Part shown: piece after piece, positions 29,101-38,047 of the stretch
Layout of the letters: every line of letters starts with the position of its first letter
Numbering within the stretch: position 1 is the stretch's first letter
From: Limisphaerales bacterium
GTDB lineage: Bacteria > Verrucomicrobiota > Verrucomicrobiia > Limisphaerales > JAJOIW01
DNA: 64,000 nucleotides
Direction of reading: 5' to 3'
Assembly: GCA_965657355.1 (NCBI GenBank)
Contig: CBFHOE010000005.1
Location: 32,001-96,000, forward strand
The notes under the pieces: generated by a model
Told to the model about the DNA's origin: nothing
The model's database searches: none
The model's input: the letters and a program-made list of their open reading frames with translations, nothing else
Made by a program: the position numbers and the translations under genes

Positions 29101-30129
29101 AGCCTGTCTGGCTTCTTCATATCCGATGAGGCCGATAATCTAAGAAAATGGGCTTTCCCGGATCAGGCTGGAATTGAACCAAATGGATTTGGTGCAGTTA
29201 TTTTTGGGGGGCAAGGAACAACACTCCCATCCTCCTGGACAGTGCCATTTGAAATTTCAAAAGAAAGCCCAGCTGTGTATCTCTCGCGAGAATCCAGCAA
29301 CCGAACCGTCGTTGTTGACTATATCGACTTCAGTAAAATTACCGGTGGAAGATCTATAGGATCCTTCCCCGATGGAGACCCCACCAGCAGAATGATGATG
29401 GTGGCCCCAACACCTTTAGAACCAAACAATATATCCTCTCCTGAGGTAAAAATATTCTTCACGGAATGGATGGCTAATAATACTAATACTTTTGTTGATC
29501 CGGCAGACAATCAATTCCCAGATTGGTTCGAGATTTATAACGCAGGGTCATCCAGAGTCGATATCTCAGGCTTTTATTTAACTGATAAAGAAAGTGCATT
29601 GAGGAAATTCAAAATACCAGACGGTACGATTATCGACGCTAAATCCTACATGCTGTTTATTGCTGATTCAGAGCCAGAGCAAACCATTCCCGGCGGCTTC
29701 ATTCATACCAACTTCAGGCTCAGTAGCACAAATGGTGAATCTCTCATTTTGTCCAACCCCAGTATGATTGTTATTGACCGGGTAGATTTCCCATCAATGC
29801 AAGCAGATGTCAGCTTTGGTAGAGAAAACGCAGAAGAGAATTCATCGATCATATTACTTCCAAAGGCTACGCCTGGATCCGCAAATGATGGGTCGGACGC
29901 CCCTGGGGAGAGGCCAGAGCTGAATATTAGTGAATCAGATTCCCCAGGCCGTATTGACATTTCTTGGGATTCTGAGACTGGAGTTATATATCAAATTTTA
30001 GCCTCTCCGAGCATAACAAATCCATCCTGGTCCGTAATTGAAAGCGTTACCGGGGACGGATCTACCGTTAGTAAATCCATAGAAGCCAATGAGGCAACCA
30101 GCTTCTTCATATTAAAATCGTCCGAGTAA
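23176..30129 (+). CDS. Large secreted multidomain protein: PA14, Ig-like, about 6 lamin-tail domains, CotH-family kinase domain, C-terminal domain
   Basis: Signal peptide; PA14 motifs (YTFWISGDD, ENGGGD). Lamin-tail starts IISEF, VINEV, VINEI twice, WLNEL and FFTEW. CotH-like motifs DWDGY and WKMLLWDLDFSLG. Confidence 0.85.
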   Translation: MLKKFIFGVTVYSILLGSAGIVFGQSSGLGLLREVFNGTAGQTLPGLTSNPKYPDNPDIQELWTKGFKMPVDIADNYGQRVRGYVKPPVTGNYTFWISGDDQCALYLSQDDDPGKAEQIASVPGWTSVEQWDKYPDQKSEVIRLEKGNRYYIEALMIENGGGDSLTVRWQKPGNAFESPIPNTSLEPFVPAPPSITSHPKNLSVTEGSPAVFKIEGTRLGFASIAWYVDENIVQGATGPELTIPETALSLNGKDVFVELSLPGGEKIKSERAKLTVFPDNTPPEISLVSTQGSLESLSLTFTEPISEATATNTGNYSVDQGIQVLAAKLLENRKTVALSLSPMDPGVTYTISVKGISDVSANGNVMIGSKHIIGFDFEALERSNIIGKPESIGPSSRISGLIISEFLYSSPEREDGKSLEFVEIFNTEPWGLDLDGYRISGEIDFLFPSGSTIGGRSYLVVAKDPAAIESVYGIKNVYGPWQGSLGDGGGRLRLRNTIDGLVQDIQYSDNFPWPTAADGTGHSLAMARPSFGENDARAWRISQEIWGRPGKAENFETREDDNIVINEVLINSKDPEPDFIELYNYSNSSVDLSGYIITDNPGSNKYVIPDGMRIGPKGFLSFDESELGFAVNSRGEAIYFISPDRVRVIDAFRFRGQPQSVSYGRFPDGSDYWTQLSQLSNGSPNTGPRVGTIVINEIMYNPISRRNQDEYLELHNRSGEPVDISNWRIRGDISFTFPSNTTIEGNSFVVIAENRDYLIQKYAALSQQNTFGNFNRTLSNSSGSLRLLKPAPKFISGPDGQQIEQTIYVIEDEVTFQEDGEWPTDPDGRGSSLELVNPGVDNAVGANWAASKESDKSEWKEYSWTGRLDNGALPGGSPRHEIQIMLLGAGECLIDDVKVSQNSEVNLVTNPSFERQTASWVIQGNHVKSTASERGQASSGNYSLHLRASSGGDNGANRIETDLTRNLTINQEATISAKVKWLRGSENLLLRLLGNYGELSAKLELPKELGSPGQVNSTRAENTPPSITHVSHSPILPRSNQNVTIQAQVKDSDQISRLVVNYRVFPAKTYKSVSMDYRGAGIYTAEIPRQANGRRVGFHIEAIDGHASELSSHFPGPGLEDNGIIRFGSTNQGGSFGNYHIWIGEENLTTWKSRAKLSNELLPVTFVYGNERVVYSALGRYRGSPFIRPGYSNPDNGSAMGMIYRFPSSNSFLGSDKINLDGLEPGRDDTSQREKTSFWIGEQLGVSYSYQRYIRLFVNGTRKSDIYTDSMQPDSDYIERWYPNETDGDLYKIDDWFEFNDGSNPGRGLNRNARLTPYTTSGGALKKTAYRWMWEKKPNGGYNDDYASLLELVRTMNTVGPAYTTAVEQSVDVDQWMRVFATRHIVGDWDGYGYNRGKNQSAYKPEGGKWKMLLWDLDFSLGGGSDNPVTSMFNVNDPTIGTFYRHPPFERAYLRAWQDAVDGPLNPSNVRAQTQKVYNGLRANGVQVASPGNMQSWINQRRNYLISQLNPFKTDLSVTTNSGKDFNSDDNIIELRGRAPVKIKDLLFNGIPLNVEWINETAWKTMIPLRPGQNQIAITGRDSYGNLIEDQADLIRIDYAGTPVNPADFLVINEINYNSGGNGLSFIELFNNSPDHTFDLGGMRLNGIGYTFDPGSIIAPEGFVVLASDPASLSTELDAGVIIFDEFRGGLDNDGETITLIAPGRNNGQDEIIDQVRYDEVFPWPTEANGQGPSLQLKNPDLDNRRPDNWFSSKGPSTPDKTETVMRYSHNWKFNQSGNNLGTSWKETGFNDSRWQNGPGLLYVENSGLPEPKRTPLTRGPITFYFRTTVDIADPSGSNFVFNTILDDGAIIYINGKEISRIGMPRGNISASTTASRTIGNASVEGPFSIPSSTFKQGTNVIAVEVHQTNANSSDIVWGMEIQNRIPGTRPYSPGKPNFGAPAANELPDIWLNELYLGIDEDSWLEIYNSGDSNQSLSGFFISDEADNLRKWAFPDQAGIEPNGFGAVIFGGQGTTLPSSWTVPFEISKESPAVYLSRESSNRTVVVDYIDFSKITGGRSIGSFPDGDPTSRMMMVAPTPLEPNNISSPEVKIFFTEWMANNTNTFVDPADNQFPDWFEIYNAGSSRVDISGFYLTDKESALRKFKIPDGTIIDAKSYMLFIADSEPEQTIPGGFIHTNFRLSSTNGESLILSNPSMIVIDRVDFPSMQADVSFGRENAEENSSIILLPKATPGSANDGSDAPGERPELNISESDSPGRIDISWDSETGVIYQILASPSITNPSWSVIESVTGDGSTVSKSIEANEATSFFILKSSE

Positions 30130-30191
30130 CTGAAAAATTAGCGCGCTTTTTGGAAAGATACAAAGGTTTCGACCAATTTGGGGAAAGATGA

Positions 30192-31727
30192 CTACTTTGA
30201 CTTAACCAAAATGGCTGTCATGTCATCAGCTTGGGCCAAAGATTCCCGGAAAAAACTAGCAGCTTGAAGTAACCCAGCAAGGCTTTCTTCAGCGGAAAGA
30301 TCACAGGCGTATTTTAGCCAAGCTTTAATTCGTTGTGTGCCGAAAAATTTTCCTGATTCGGATTGTGTTTCATCAATACCATCAGAAAAGATAAGAAAGC
30401 CATGTCCTGGCTCAAGTTTTGTAACTGGAGAATCTTTGTAGGGTGTTTCTGGGTCAATGCCTAATGGAGACCCAGATAGCTGAAGCTCTGTCACTATTTC
30501 CCCGGAATGGTCCAAGATCATACCGGGTGGGTGGCCTGCGTTGACATAGACAATCTCACTTGCGGCTGGATTAATGCAAACAATCAAGGCCGTGATATAT
30601 CTTTCGAAGTCAAGGTCATCGACGAGTATTTTATTTGCTTTTGTCAGAATCTCGGCTGGTGAGTGACTCTCTCGTGCTAAAAGACGAATGTAGGCGCGCG
30701 TTTCCGCTGTGAGCATGGCGGGCCCCACACCATGCCCTGTCACATCAGCGACTATAAAGCCAATGTTTCCGTCCTGCATTTGAAGGTAATCAAAATAGTC
30801 TCCTCCTGCCATGAGCGCTGGAACTGAAGTTCCTGCAATGTCAAAACCAGGGATAGAAGGTGGATGTTTTGGGAAAAGGCGTTGTTGGATTTCGCGTGCT
30901 GCCAGGAACTGTTCTTGATTATCTTTGAGCTCTTTTTCTGCTTTTTTGCGAGAGGTTATGTCCCGAATAAAAGCAGCGTGAAAAGGTCGACCACCAATTT
31001 CAAATTTATTAAATGAGATTTCAATGACGATATATGAATTATCAACTTTCTTTCCGACCGTTTCATGGGCTACCCGGTCAAAAGTAAAATTAGATGTGTC
31101 ATTCATTAGTCCTAGGTCGCCAATATCGACATTTTCAGATAATTTGTTGGGAAGGATTAATGAAATATTTTTCCCGACAATTTCATCTCTAGAGTATCCG
31201 AAAACCCGTTCCACTGCTGGGTTAGCTAGTTGTATGATACTTTCTTGATCAGTAAGTATGATAGCATCCTTAGAGTTCTCCAGAATAAGGCGAGAAAGCC
31301 GCTCACTTCTTCTTAAGGCTTCTTCTGCTTTTCTGGCAGTTTTTCTATTTCTTGCCTCGCGAATCTCCCGTTCGACTGCTGGAACAAGTCGAGCAAGGTG
31401 ACCTTTCATGAGGTAATCATTTGCTCCAGCTTTCATGGCTTCAACAGCCGTATCCTCACCAATTCCACCAGATATGATAATGAAAGGGATATCCAGTTTA
31501 GTTTTTTGCAAAAGCTTTAAAGCATCTGGGGCATGAAAACCAGGAAGATTGTAATCAGCTAAAATGATATCCCAATTCTTGGAATCGATAGCACTCTGGA
31601 AACTTTCTAAAGTTTCGACTCTGACAACATCAGATTTGTAACCGCCTTTGCGCAAGATATTTTCCAGGACAACTGCATCAAACTCAGAATCTTCTAGGAT
31701 TAAAACTTTGATTTGATTGTCTTCCAT
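30192..31727 (-). CDS. Response regulator receiver - PAS - PP2C/SpoIIE Ser/Thr phosphatase (RsbU/RsbP-like)
   Basis: REC motifs (ILED, ILADYNLP, GANDYLMK); PAS motif (ANPAVERVFGYSRDEIVGKNI); PP2C motifs (GGDYFD, ADVTGHG, NAGH, SDG, DDMT). Confidence 0.9.
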   Translation of the reverse strand: MEDNQIKVLILEDSEFDAVVLENILRKGGYKSDVVRVETLESFQSAIDSKNWDIILADYNLPGFHAPDALKLLQKTKLDIPFIIISGGIGEDTAVEAMKAGANDYLMKGHLARLVPAVEREIREARNRKTARKAEEALRRSERLSRLILENSKDAIILTDQESIIQLANPAVERVFGYSRDEIVGKNISLILPNKLSENVDIGDLGLMNDTSNFTFDRVAHETVGKKVDNSYIVIEISFNKFEIGGRPFHAAFIRDITSRKKAEKELKDNQEQFLAAREIQQRLFPKHPPSIPGFDIAGTSVPALMAGGDYFDYLQMQDGNIGFIVADVTGHGVGPAMLTAETRAYIRLLARESHSPAEILTKANKILVDDLDFERYITALIVCINPAASEIVYVNAGHPPGMILDHSGEIVTELQLSGSPLGIDPETPYKDSPVTKLEPGHGFLIFSDGIDETQSESGKFFGTQRIKAWLKYACDLSAEESLAGLLQAASFFRESLAQADDMTAILVKSK

Positions 31728-31757
31728 AATCCTACGGGCTTTGGGGGAAAGATTTGA

Positions 31758-33467
31758 TTATTTCTTAGCTTTTGACCAACTATCTCTCAGGGCAACGCTT
31801 CTATTAAAAACTAGTTTATCTGGTTTTGAAAATTTAGAATCTTCCACAAAATAACCAGTTCTCTCGAATTGGTAATATTTTTCTTTAGCGTTATTTTTTA
31901 ATGAAGGTTCTCCAATTGCAGACTTTTTGATACTCAGAGAATCGGGATTAAGGTCATCTATAAAAGTATGATTTTCTTCAGGCCTGTCTTCAGGTGTTTC
32001 GCTGCTGAACAAACGATCAAAGAGTCTCACTTCTAATGGAATACCATGGCCTTTGGAAACCCAGTGCAATGTTCCTTTCACCTTTTTCGTTGATGTTCCA
32101 GTTCCACTTTTAGTTTCTGGATCGTAAGAACAATGGATCTCAATGACCTCTCCCGAATCAGGATCTTTGATGACGTCCTCACACTTGATGATATAGGCAT
32201 ACTTCAGCCTTACCTCCCTGCCGGGCGATAGTCGAAAGAATTTCTTGGGAGGCTCAAGCATGAAATCATTTCGATCGATATATATCTCTCTTGTAAATGG
32301 TATATCCCTAACACCGGCGTCAGGGTCTTCAGGATTGAGAGTAGCTGTAAGATTCTCGATATGATCTTCAGGTAGATTTGTGATAACTATTTTTACGGGG
32401 TCAAGAACAACCATTGCCCTATGCGATCGAGCATTTAAGTCCTGCCGAAGAGAATGCTCCAATAGAGAAATATCAGTAATAGATTTGAACTTTGTTATAC
32501 CGACAGTATTACAAAAATTTCGGATTGATTCAGGTGTATACCCTCTGCGCCGCATACCGGATAGGGTAGGCATGCGTGGGTCATCCCAACCATCAACGTA
32601 ACCCTCATCAACAAGCTTCAAAAACTTTCTTTTACTCATCACGCTGTAGTTCAGATTAAGCCTCGCAAATTCAATTTGCTTTGGCTTGGATGACATATCA
32701 AGCACCTCCAGCACCCATTCGTAAAGTTGGCGATGCACCTCAAATTCCAAAGTACATAGCGAGTGAGTAACGCCCTCAATACTATCAGAGAGGCAATGTG
32801 TAAAATCGTACATGGGATAGATTTTCCAATCACTACCCGTCCTGTGGTGCACTGCATTCTTTATTCTATAAATTGCAGGATCCCGCATGTGAATGTTTGG
32901 AGAGGACATATCAATCCGCGCTCTGAGCACTCGACTGCCTTCCTCGTATTCACCATTTTTCATTTTTTCAAACTCGCTGAGGTTTTCCTCGACAGACCTA
33001 TCACGATATGGGCTGTCTTTGCCGGGTCTTGAAGGGATACCTCGGTAGTCGATCCACTCTTTTTGTGTGAGCTCACAAACGTAAGCTTTCCCCGTCTTGA
33101 TGAGCTGTAACGCCAAACCGTATATTTTTGTAAAATAATCTGATGCAAAAAAAAGATTTTCTCCCCAATCAAACCCAAGCCATTGTATGTCCCTCTTAAT
33201 GGATTCCACGTATTCGGTATCTTCTGCGGCCGGATTCGTATCATCGAATCTTAGGTGACAGCGACCCTCATAGTCTTGTGCTATGGAGAAACTCAAGCAG
33301 ATGGCTTTGGCATGGCCAATGTGTAGGTATCCATTTGGTTCAGGAGGAAATCTAGTCACAACGTGGCTCACTTTTCCACTCTTGATGTCTCCGTCAATGA
33401 TCTGCCTTATGAAGTTGGCAGGTGACTTAGAATTTCCACTTTCCGCTTTATCGGAAGTTTCGCTCAT
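31758..33467 (-). CDS. glnS: Glutamine--tRNA ligase
   Basis: Motifs TRFPPEPNGYLHIGHAK, YPMYDF, MSKRK, GWDDPRMPT and YQFERTGYF. Confidence 0.96.
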   Translation of the reverse strand: MSETSDKAESGNSKSPANFIRQIIDGDIKSGKVSHVVTRFPPEPNGYLHIGHAKAICLSFSIAQDYEGRCHLRFDDTNPAAEDTEYVESIKRDIQWLGFDWGENLFFASDYFTKIYGLALQLIKTGKAYVCELTQKEWIDYRGIPSRPGKDSPYRDRSVEENLSEFEKMKNGEYEEGSRVLRARIDMSSPNIHMRDPAIYRIKNAVHHRTGSDWKIYPMYDFTHCLSDSIEGVTHSLCTLEFEVHRQLYEWVLEVLDMSSKPKQIEFARLNLNYSVMSKRKFLKLVDEGYVDGWDDPRMPTLSGMRRRGYTPESIRNFCNTVGITKFKSITDISLLEHSLRQDLNARSHRAMVVLDPVKIVITNLPEDHIENLTATLNPEDPDAGVRDIPFTREIYIDRNDFMLEPPKKFFRLSPGREVRLKYAYIIKCEDVIKDPDSGEVIEIHCSYDPETKSGTGTSTKKVKGTLHWVSKGHGIPLEVRLFDRLFSSETPEDRPEENHTFIDDLNPDSLSIKKSAIGEPSLKNNAKEKYYQFERTGYFVEDSKFSKPDKLVFNRSVALRDSWSKAKK

Positions 33468-33496
33468 TAGGTATTTAGGATTAATGTATAAATTAA

Positions 33497-35296
33497 TTAT
33501 ATGAGGTCATGGGCTAAACCATCCTTTTCATTTTTTTGCATTGGGTCGACCCACTTACCATTTTCTCTTATTAAATCAACCAACCTATCAACGGCCTCTC
33601 CTTCAGGAATATTAAATTTAACAGGTGTCTTCCCAACGTATAAATTAATTTTACCCGGAGCCCCTCCAACGTATCCGAAATCAGCGTCAGCCATTTCACC
33701 AGGGCCATTGACAATACACCCCATAATAGCAATCTTAACCCCTTTAAGGTGGTCAGTCCTATCTTTAATTTTCGCAGTTACTTCCTGAAGGTTAAATAGT
33801 GTTCGCCCGCAGGAAGGACAAGCGACGTAGTCTGTCTTAAAAGAGCGAGATCCTGCTGCTTGGAGAATATTGTAGGCAAGTTTCAATGATTGCCCACCAC
33901 CAGATTCTCCTCTGACCATTATAGCATCACCAATCCCGTCACATATGAGGCTTCCCAGATTGACAGATGCTCTTAGCAGAGCTATTTCAGGGGCAAGAGG
34001 TTCTGTTTGGGACTCAAAACAATCTTTCAGCAGTATGGGATTTTTTAAATTCTTTTGTTTCAATTTAGCCGCCAGCAAACGGAATGCAGCTATGGGAGGC
34101 AAGCTGACACCATCAGCTACAGTAACCAAACCGTCGGTCACAATTTCAAAATTCTCAGTTGGGTCGACTTCAGTAATGGGCAAATCCTCATAAATACCCT
34201 CTGGTTTAACATCGCTAGATGGGTGTATGCGAGGACTGACTTTGTTCCAAGTATCGCGCGTGACGACAACACGTATCGGATTTGTTGCCCCAAATTGACT
34301 TCCCTCAGGTGAAACAAATTCTGAAGACTCTCTGCGAGAATACTCAAAAGGATCCCAAGAAATTTCAGGTAAGTTGGATAGTTCTCTGGTATTATAAAGA
34401 TGAGGAATCTGAGCTAATAGGTCGTTACAAACCCTTATTTCGTTGGGAGAGTCTTCGGTTAGAGAGACCCGAATAGTTTCGCCCAAACCATCTGCTAGGA
34501 GACTGCCTATCCCTATCGCACTTTTTATACGACCATCCTCACCATCACCAGCCTCAGTAACACCTAGATGAATTGGGTAATTCCAGTCTGGCCCAAGCTC
34601 GCGTAGCCGAGCAACCAAAAGCCTGTAACACTGTATCATGACTTTTGGATTACTTGATTTCATAGAGAAAACAAAATTATGAAAATCATTTTTTCGAGCG
34701 ATGCGGGCGAACTCCAGGGCGCTTTCAACCATCCCTAACGGGGTGTCCCCATAACGATTCATTATGCGATCGCTCAGTGATCCATGATTCGTACCGATTC
34801 GCATGGCTCGATTGAGATCCTTGCACAAGAGAACAAGAGGCGTGAACTCTTTTTCAATTCGTTCCAACTGTTCTTCGTATTCGTCGTTAGAATACTCAAT
34901 TGTCGCAAATTTTTTCTTATCCGCGTAGTTGCCTGGATTAATGCGTATCTTTTCTACCCACTTGACGGCTTCCAAGGCGGCTGATGGGAGAAAATGAATG
35001 TCTGCGACTATTGGAACCCTACAAGATCTTTTCCTGAGTTCCTTAACGATATCCTCCAGATTGCTGGCTGCTTTGTTGTTTGGAGCAGTAATTCTTACTA
35101 TCTGGCAACCGACGTCTGTGAGAGCGAGAGTTTGCTGAACACATGCATCCGTATCTTTGGTATCAGAAGTCAGCATGGACTGACGAACAACGTCATTTTG
35201 TCCCCCTATAATAACGCCCCCATCGTTAGGATCTCCAACAATGACTTGGCGGGATTCCCTCCTGCTATAAAAAAAGGGTGAGAAACAATAATCCAT
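33497..35296 (-). CDS. ispG: (E)-4-hydroxy-3-methylbut-2-enyl-diphosphate synthase (long form)
   Basis: Motifs VADIHF, RINPGN, RIGTNHGSL, HLGVTEAG, CPSCGR and MGCIVNGPGE. Confidence 0.96.
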   Translation of the reverse strand: MDYCFSPFFYSRRESRQVIVGDPNDGGVIIGGQNDVVRQSMLTSDTKDTDACVQQTLALTDVGCQIVRITAPNNKAASNLEDIVKELRKRSCRVPIVADIHFLPSAALEAVKWVEKIRINPGNYADKKKFATIEYSNDEYEEQLERIEKEFTPLVLLCKDLNRAMRIGTNHGSLSDRIMNRYGDTPLGMVESALEFARIARKNDFHNFVFSMKSSNPKVMIQCYRLLVARLRELGPDWNYPIHLGVTEAGDGEDGRIKSAIGIGSLLADGLGETIRVSLTEDSPNEIRVCNDLLAQIPHLYNTRELSNLPEISWDPFEYSRRESSEFVSPEGSQFGATNPIRVVVTRDTWNKVSPRIHPSSDVKPEGIYEDLPITEVDPTENFEIVTDGLVTVADGVSLPPIAAFRLLAAKLKQKNLKNPILLKDCFESQTEPLAPEIALLRASVNLGSLICDGIGDAIMVRGESGGGQSLKLAYNILQAAGSRSFKTDYVACPSCGRTLFNLQEVTAKIKDRTDHLKGVKIAIMGCIVNGPGEMADADFGYVGGAPGKINLYVGKTPVKFNIPEGEAVDRLVDLIRENGKWVDPMQKNEKDGLAHDLI

Positions 35297-35304
35297 AGGA
35301 ATCT

Positions 35305-36741
35305 CTATTCAGGTTTGGAAGATGAATCGCTCTCAGCTGAAACATTACTGTCGAATCGAATTTCCACGGGTTTTTGTGGCAATGAAAAATCCTGAACATC
35401 GAAAAATGTGACATAGAGCATGAATCCAATGAGGGCCATTCCACACGCACCCTGAAGCTTGACCAAAATCCCCGGATTGAGGGGCTTCTTACGTATACCT
35501 TCCACAATAGCTAAGGTGATATGCCCTCCATCCAAAACTGGGATGGGTAGCATATTTAAGATGGCCAAATTGACGTTAAAAACAACGCTGAACCAAAGAG
35601 CCAGTCTCCAACCATTTTCACTTTCAAAGAGCATATAATACATCCTCATGATGTTGGCTGGACCGGAGAGGTGCTGAGGTTTGATATCTGAATTTTTGTT
35701 GAAGAGAGCACCAAGCGTGTTTGCCATCGTATTGACGGCTGATTTCATCTGCTCAACAGGGCCTGGGTAAGCAATGGTGGAAATGCCGGATGGGTCCCAC
35801 CTGACACCCAACATGAGCGGCGGCTCTTTTTCTGGGTGCTGTGAAGGGCGAGCAGGTGTAACTGAAATTGCCATCTTTTTATCTCCTCGGAGGACAGAGA
35901 ACTCTAATGGTTGCCCATCACTTTCTCTAACCTTATCGCTGATGATCGCCGGGTTGTAAATTTTGTCACCATTCACGGTCTCGATTATATCGTTGACCTG
36001 AATACCTGCCTCCTCAGCAGGGCTACCTGGCATCACATAACCAACAAATGCAGTTTGTAAGGGGTAGACGTTGATCTGTTTCAGCGATTCTCTTTGGTAA
36101 ACCTTTGTTTCCCTCCGGACGGCTAAAACCTCTTTGTTCAGAATTTCCTCGCCTCTTTTTAGCTTAATATTGATGACATCATTAGTGCTGGTAATGATTT
36201 GCCACTTAATAGATGTGGACCCGATTCCACTAAACTTGGTAACAGCGTTACCGTCCACTTCTTCAATAATATCTCCGGGGCGGATGTCCGCTTTTGAAGC
36301 CGGTGAATCCGCGGCGACATATCCGACGATAGTCGATGTTTCTGCTTCCTGAACAGGACGACCAACAAATGATATAATAAAGGCACAAACAACAGCCAGG
36401 AGAACACTGAACAGAGGGCCGGCAAATGCCACTATAATTTTATCCATGGCAGTAGCCTCAGGTAATTCTTTTCTGTCAATTGTCGTTTCTCCTTCCATGA
36501 CCTCCATGGGAGCCATCTGAGGCAGAGCGACAAAACCACCGGCGGGAATCCAACCCAAGCTGTAGTGAACCCCTCCTATATTTTTTTCCCAAATGGGCTT
36601 ACCGAACCAAACCCCAAATCTCTCGACATGAAGACCCCGCCATTTAGCGGCTAAAAAATGACCTAGTTCGTGAACAATTATTATAAAATTGAACAGAACG
36701 ACGACTTCGAGGCAGATAAAAATAAAGTTAAGAATTGCCAT
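35305..36741 (-). CDS. rseP: RIP metalloprotease RseP with PDZ domains
   Basis: Motifs HELGH and NMLPIPVLDGG; two PDZ segments; lies between dxr and ispG. Confidence 0.93.
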   Translation of the reverse strand: MAILNFIFICLEVVVLFNFIIIVHELGHFLAAKWRGLHVERFGVWFGKPIWEKNIGGVHYSLGWIPAGGFVALPQMAPMEVMEGETTIDRKELPEATAMDKIIVAFAGPLFSVLLAVVCAFIISFVGRPVQEAETSTIVGYVAADSPASKADIRPGDIIEEVDGNAVTKFSGIGSTSIKWQIITSTNDVINIKLKRGEEILNKEVLAVRRETKVYQRESLKQINVYPLQTAFVGYVMPGSPAEEAGIQVNDIIETVNGDKIYNPAIISDKVRESDGQPLEFSVLRGDKKMAISVTPARPSQHPEKEPPLMLGVRWDPSGISTIAYPGPVEQMKSAVNTMANTLGALFNKNSDIKPQHLSGPANIMRMYYMLFESENGWRLALWFSVVFNVNLAILNMLPIPVLDGGHITLAIVEGIRKKPLNPGILVKLQGACGMALIGFMLYVTFFDVQDFSLPQKPVEIRFDSNVSAESDSSSKPE

Positions 36742-36892
36742 GTTTTCACAAAAAATACGATGACCGGCATACGCCGGAGTGTTCTACCAGACTTGTAAAA
36801 ATTTCCGGTTTAGACAAGTGAATTGATATTATTACAGAAAAAATAGTTTTTTCAACAGATACGGCTGTTTATAGGCATTAATAATTTACTGA

Positions 36893-38044
36893 CTAAATAA
36901 GCTCCTCAGCTTTTTTTCTGGCCCAAATATCCGCATCCACGATCTCTTCAAGAGAAGTGTATTGCACAGTATCGTGGGAATTCATGACCTTTTCAACAAG
37001 CCTTGTGATATTTGGAAAATTAATCTTTCGATCGACAAAGCTGGAAACAGCGACCTCATTGGCGGCATTGAAAACAGCGGGCAAAGTGCCTCCCTTTTCA
37101 GCAGATTCCCTTGCAAGTAGAAGGCTAGGAAACTTTTTAGTATCTGGTTCTTCAAATTCCAGCTTACCAATACCTGGGAAATCCGTTTTCACTCTGTCGC
37201 TGGCAAGCCGCTCCGGGTAGGTCAATGCATATTGAATTGGTAGACACATGTCTGGGGTTGAAAGCTGAGCAATGATAGATCCATCAATGAATTCAACCAT
37301 TGAGTGAACGACACTCTGAGGGTGAACAACAACGTCAACTTGATTGATTGGGAGATCAAAAAGCCATCTTGCTTCAATCATCTCAAGTCCCTTATTAAAG
37401 AGAGTCGCCGAATCAATAGTGATTTTAGGTCCCATGACCCATGATGGGTGTTTGAGAGCCATCTCGACTGAAATTTCTTCAAATTTTTGATAGGGAGTTT
37501 TGCGGAATGGCCCCCCACTTGCAGTGAGAATAATTTTTCTCACTGAGCGAGTCGGCTTTTCATCAAGACATTGAAAAATAGCCGAGTGTTCGCTATCGAC
37601 GGCAAGAACTCTGACACCGTATTTTTTGGCTTCACTCATGACAAATTCCCCTGCCATGACAAGGATCTCTTTACTTGCCACCGCGATATCCTTGCCAGCA
37701 CGGATCGCAGCCAAAGCAGGTGCCAATCCGGCAATCCCCACGATGGCTATGAGAACAATATCTGCCTCTTTCATCGTGGCTAACTCGACAAGACCGTCAT
37801 CGCCCTCGAATATCTCTAATGGGAGTTCGTATTCAGAAATTCTGGATCTCAAATCGTTCAATCTCGAAGTATTGGACAAGCTGACACAATTTGGCTGAAA
37901 TTCTTTAATTTGCTCTGAAAGCAACTCCACGTTTGATCCGGCAGCAAGGCCAATGAGATTTATTTTCTCTGATAAATCGCGCGCTACGAGTGCTGTGCTA
38001 GTTCCTATTGACCCTGTTGAGCCAAGTAATACTACGTTCTTCAT
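36893..38044 (-). CDS. dxr: 1-deoxy-D-xylulose-5-phosphate reductoisomerase
   Basis: Motifs LGSTGSIG, VDSEHSAIFQ, LTASGGPF, HPSWVMGPKITIDSAT and NAANE. Confidence 0.97.
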   Translation of the reverse strand: MKNVVLLGSTGSIGTSTALVARDLSEKINLIGLAAGSNVELLSEQIKEFQPNCVSLSNTSRLNDLRSRISEYELPLEIFEGDDGLVELATMKEADIVLIAIVGIAGLAPALAAIRAGKDIAVASKEILVMAGEFVMSEAKKYGVRVLAVDSEHSAIFQCLDEKPTRSVRKIILTASGGPFRKTPYQKFEEISVEMALKHPSWVMGPKITIDSATLFNKGLEMIEARWLFDLPINQVDVVVHPQSVVHSMVEFIDGSIIAQLSTPDMCLPIQYALTYPERLASDRVKTDFPGIGKLEFEEPDTKKFPSLLLARESAEKGGTLPAVFNAANEVAVSSFVDRKINFPNITRLVEKVMNSHDTVQYTSLEEIVDADIWARKKAEELI

Positions 38045-38047
38045 AAA

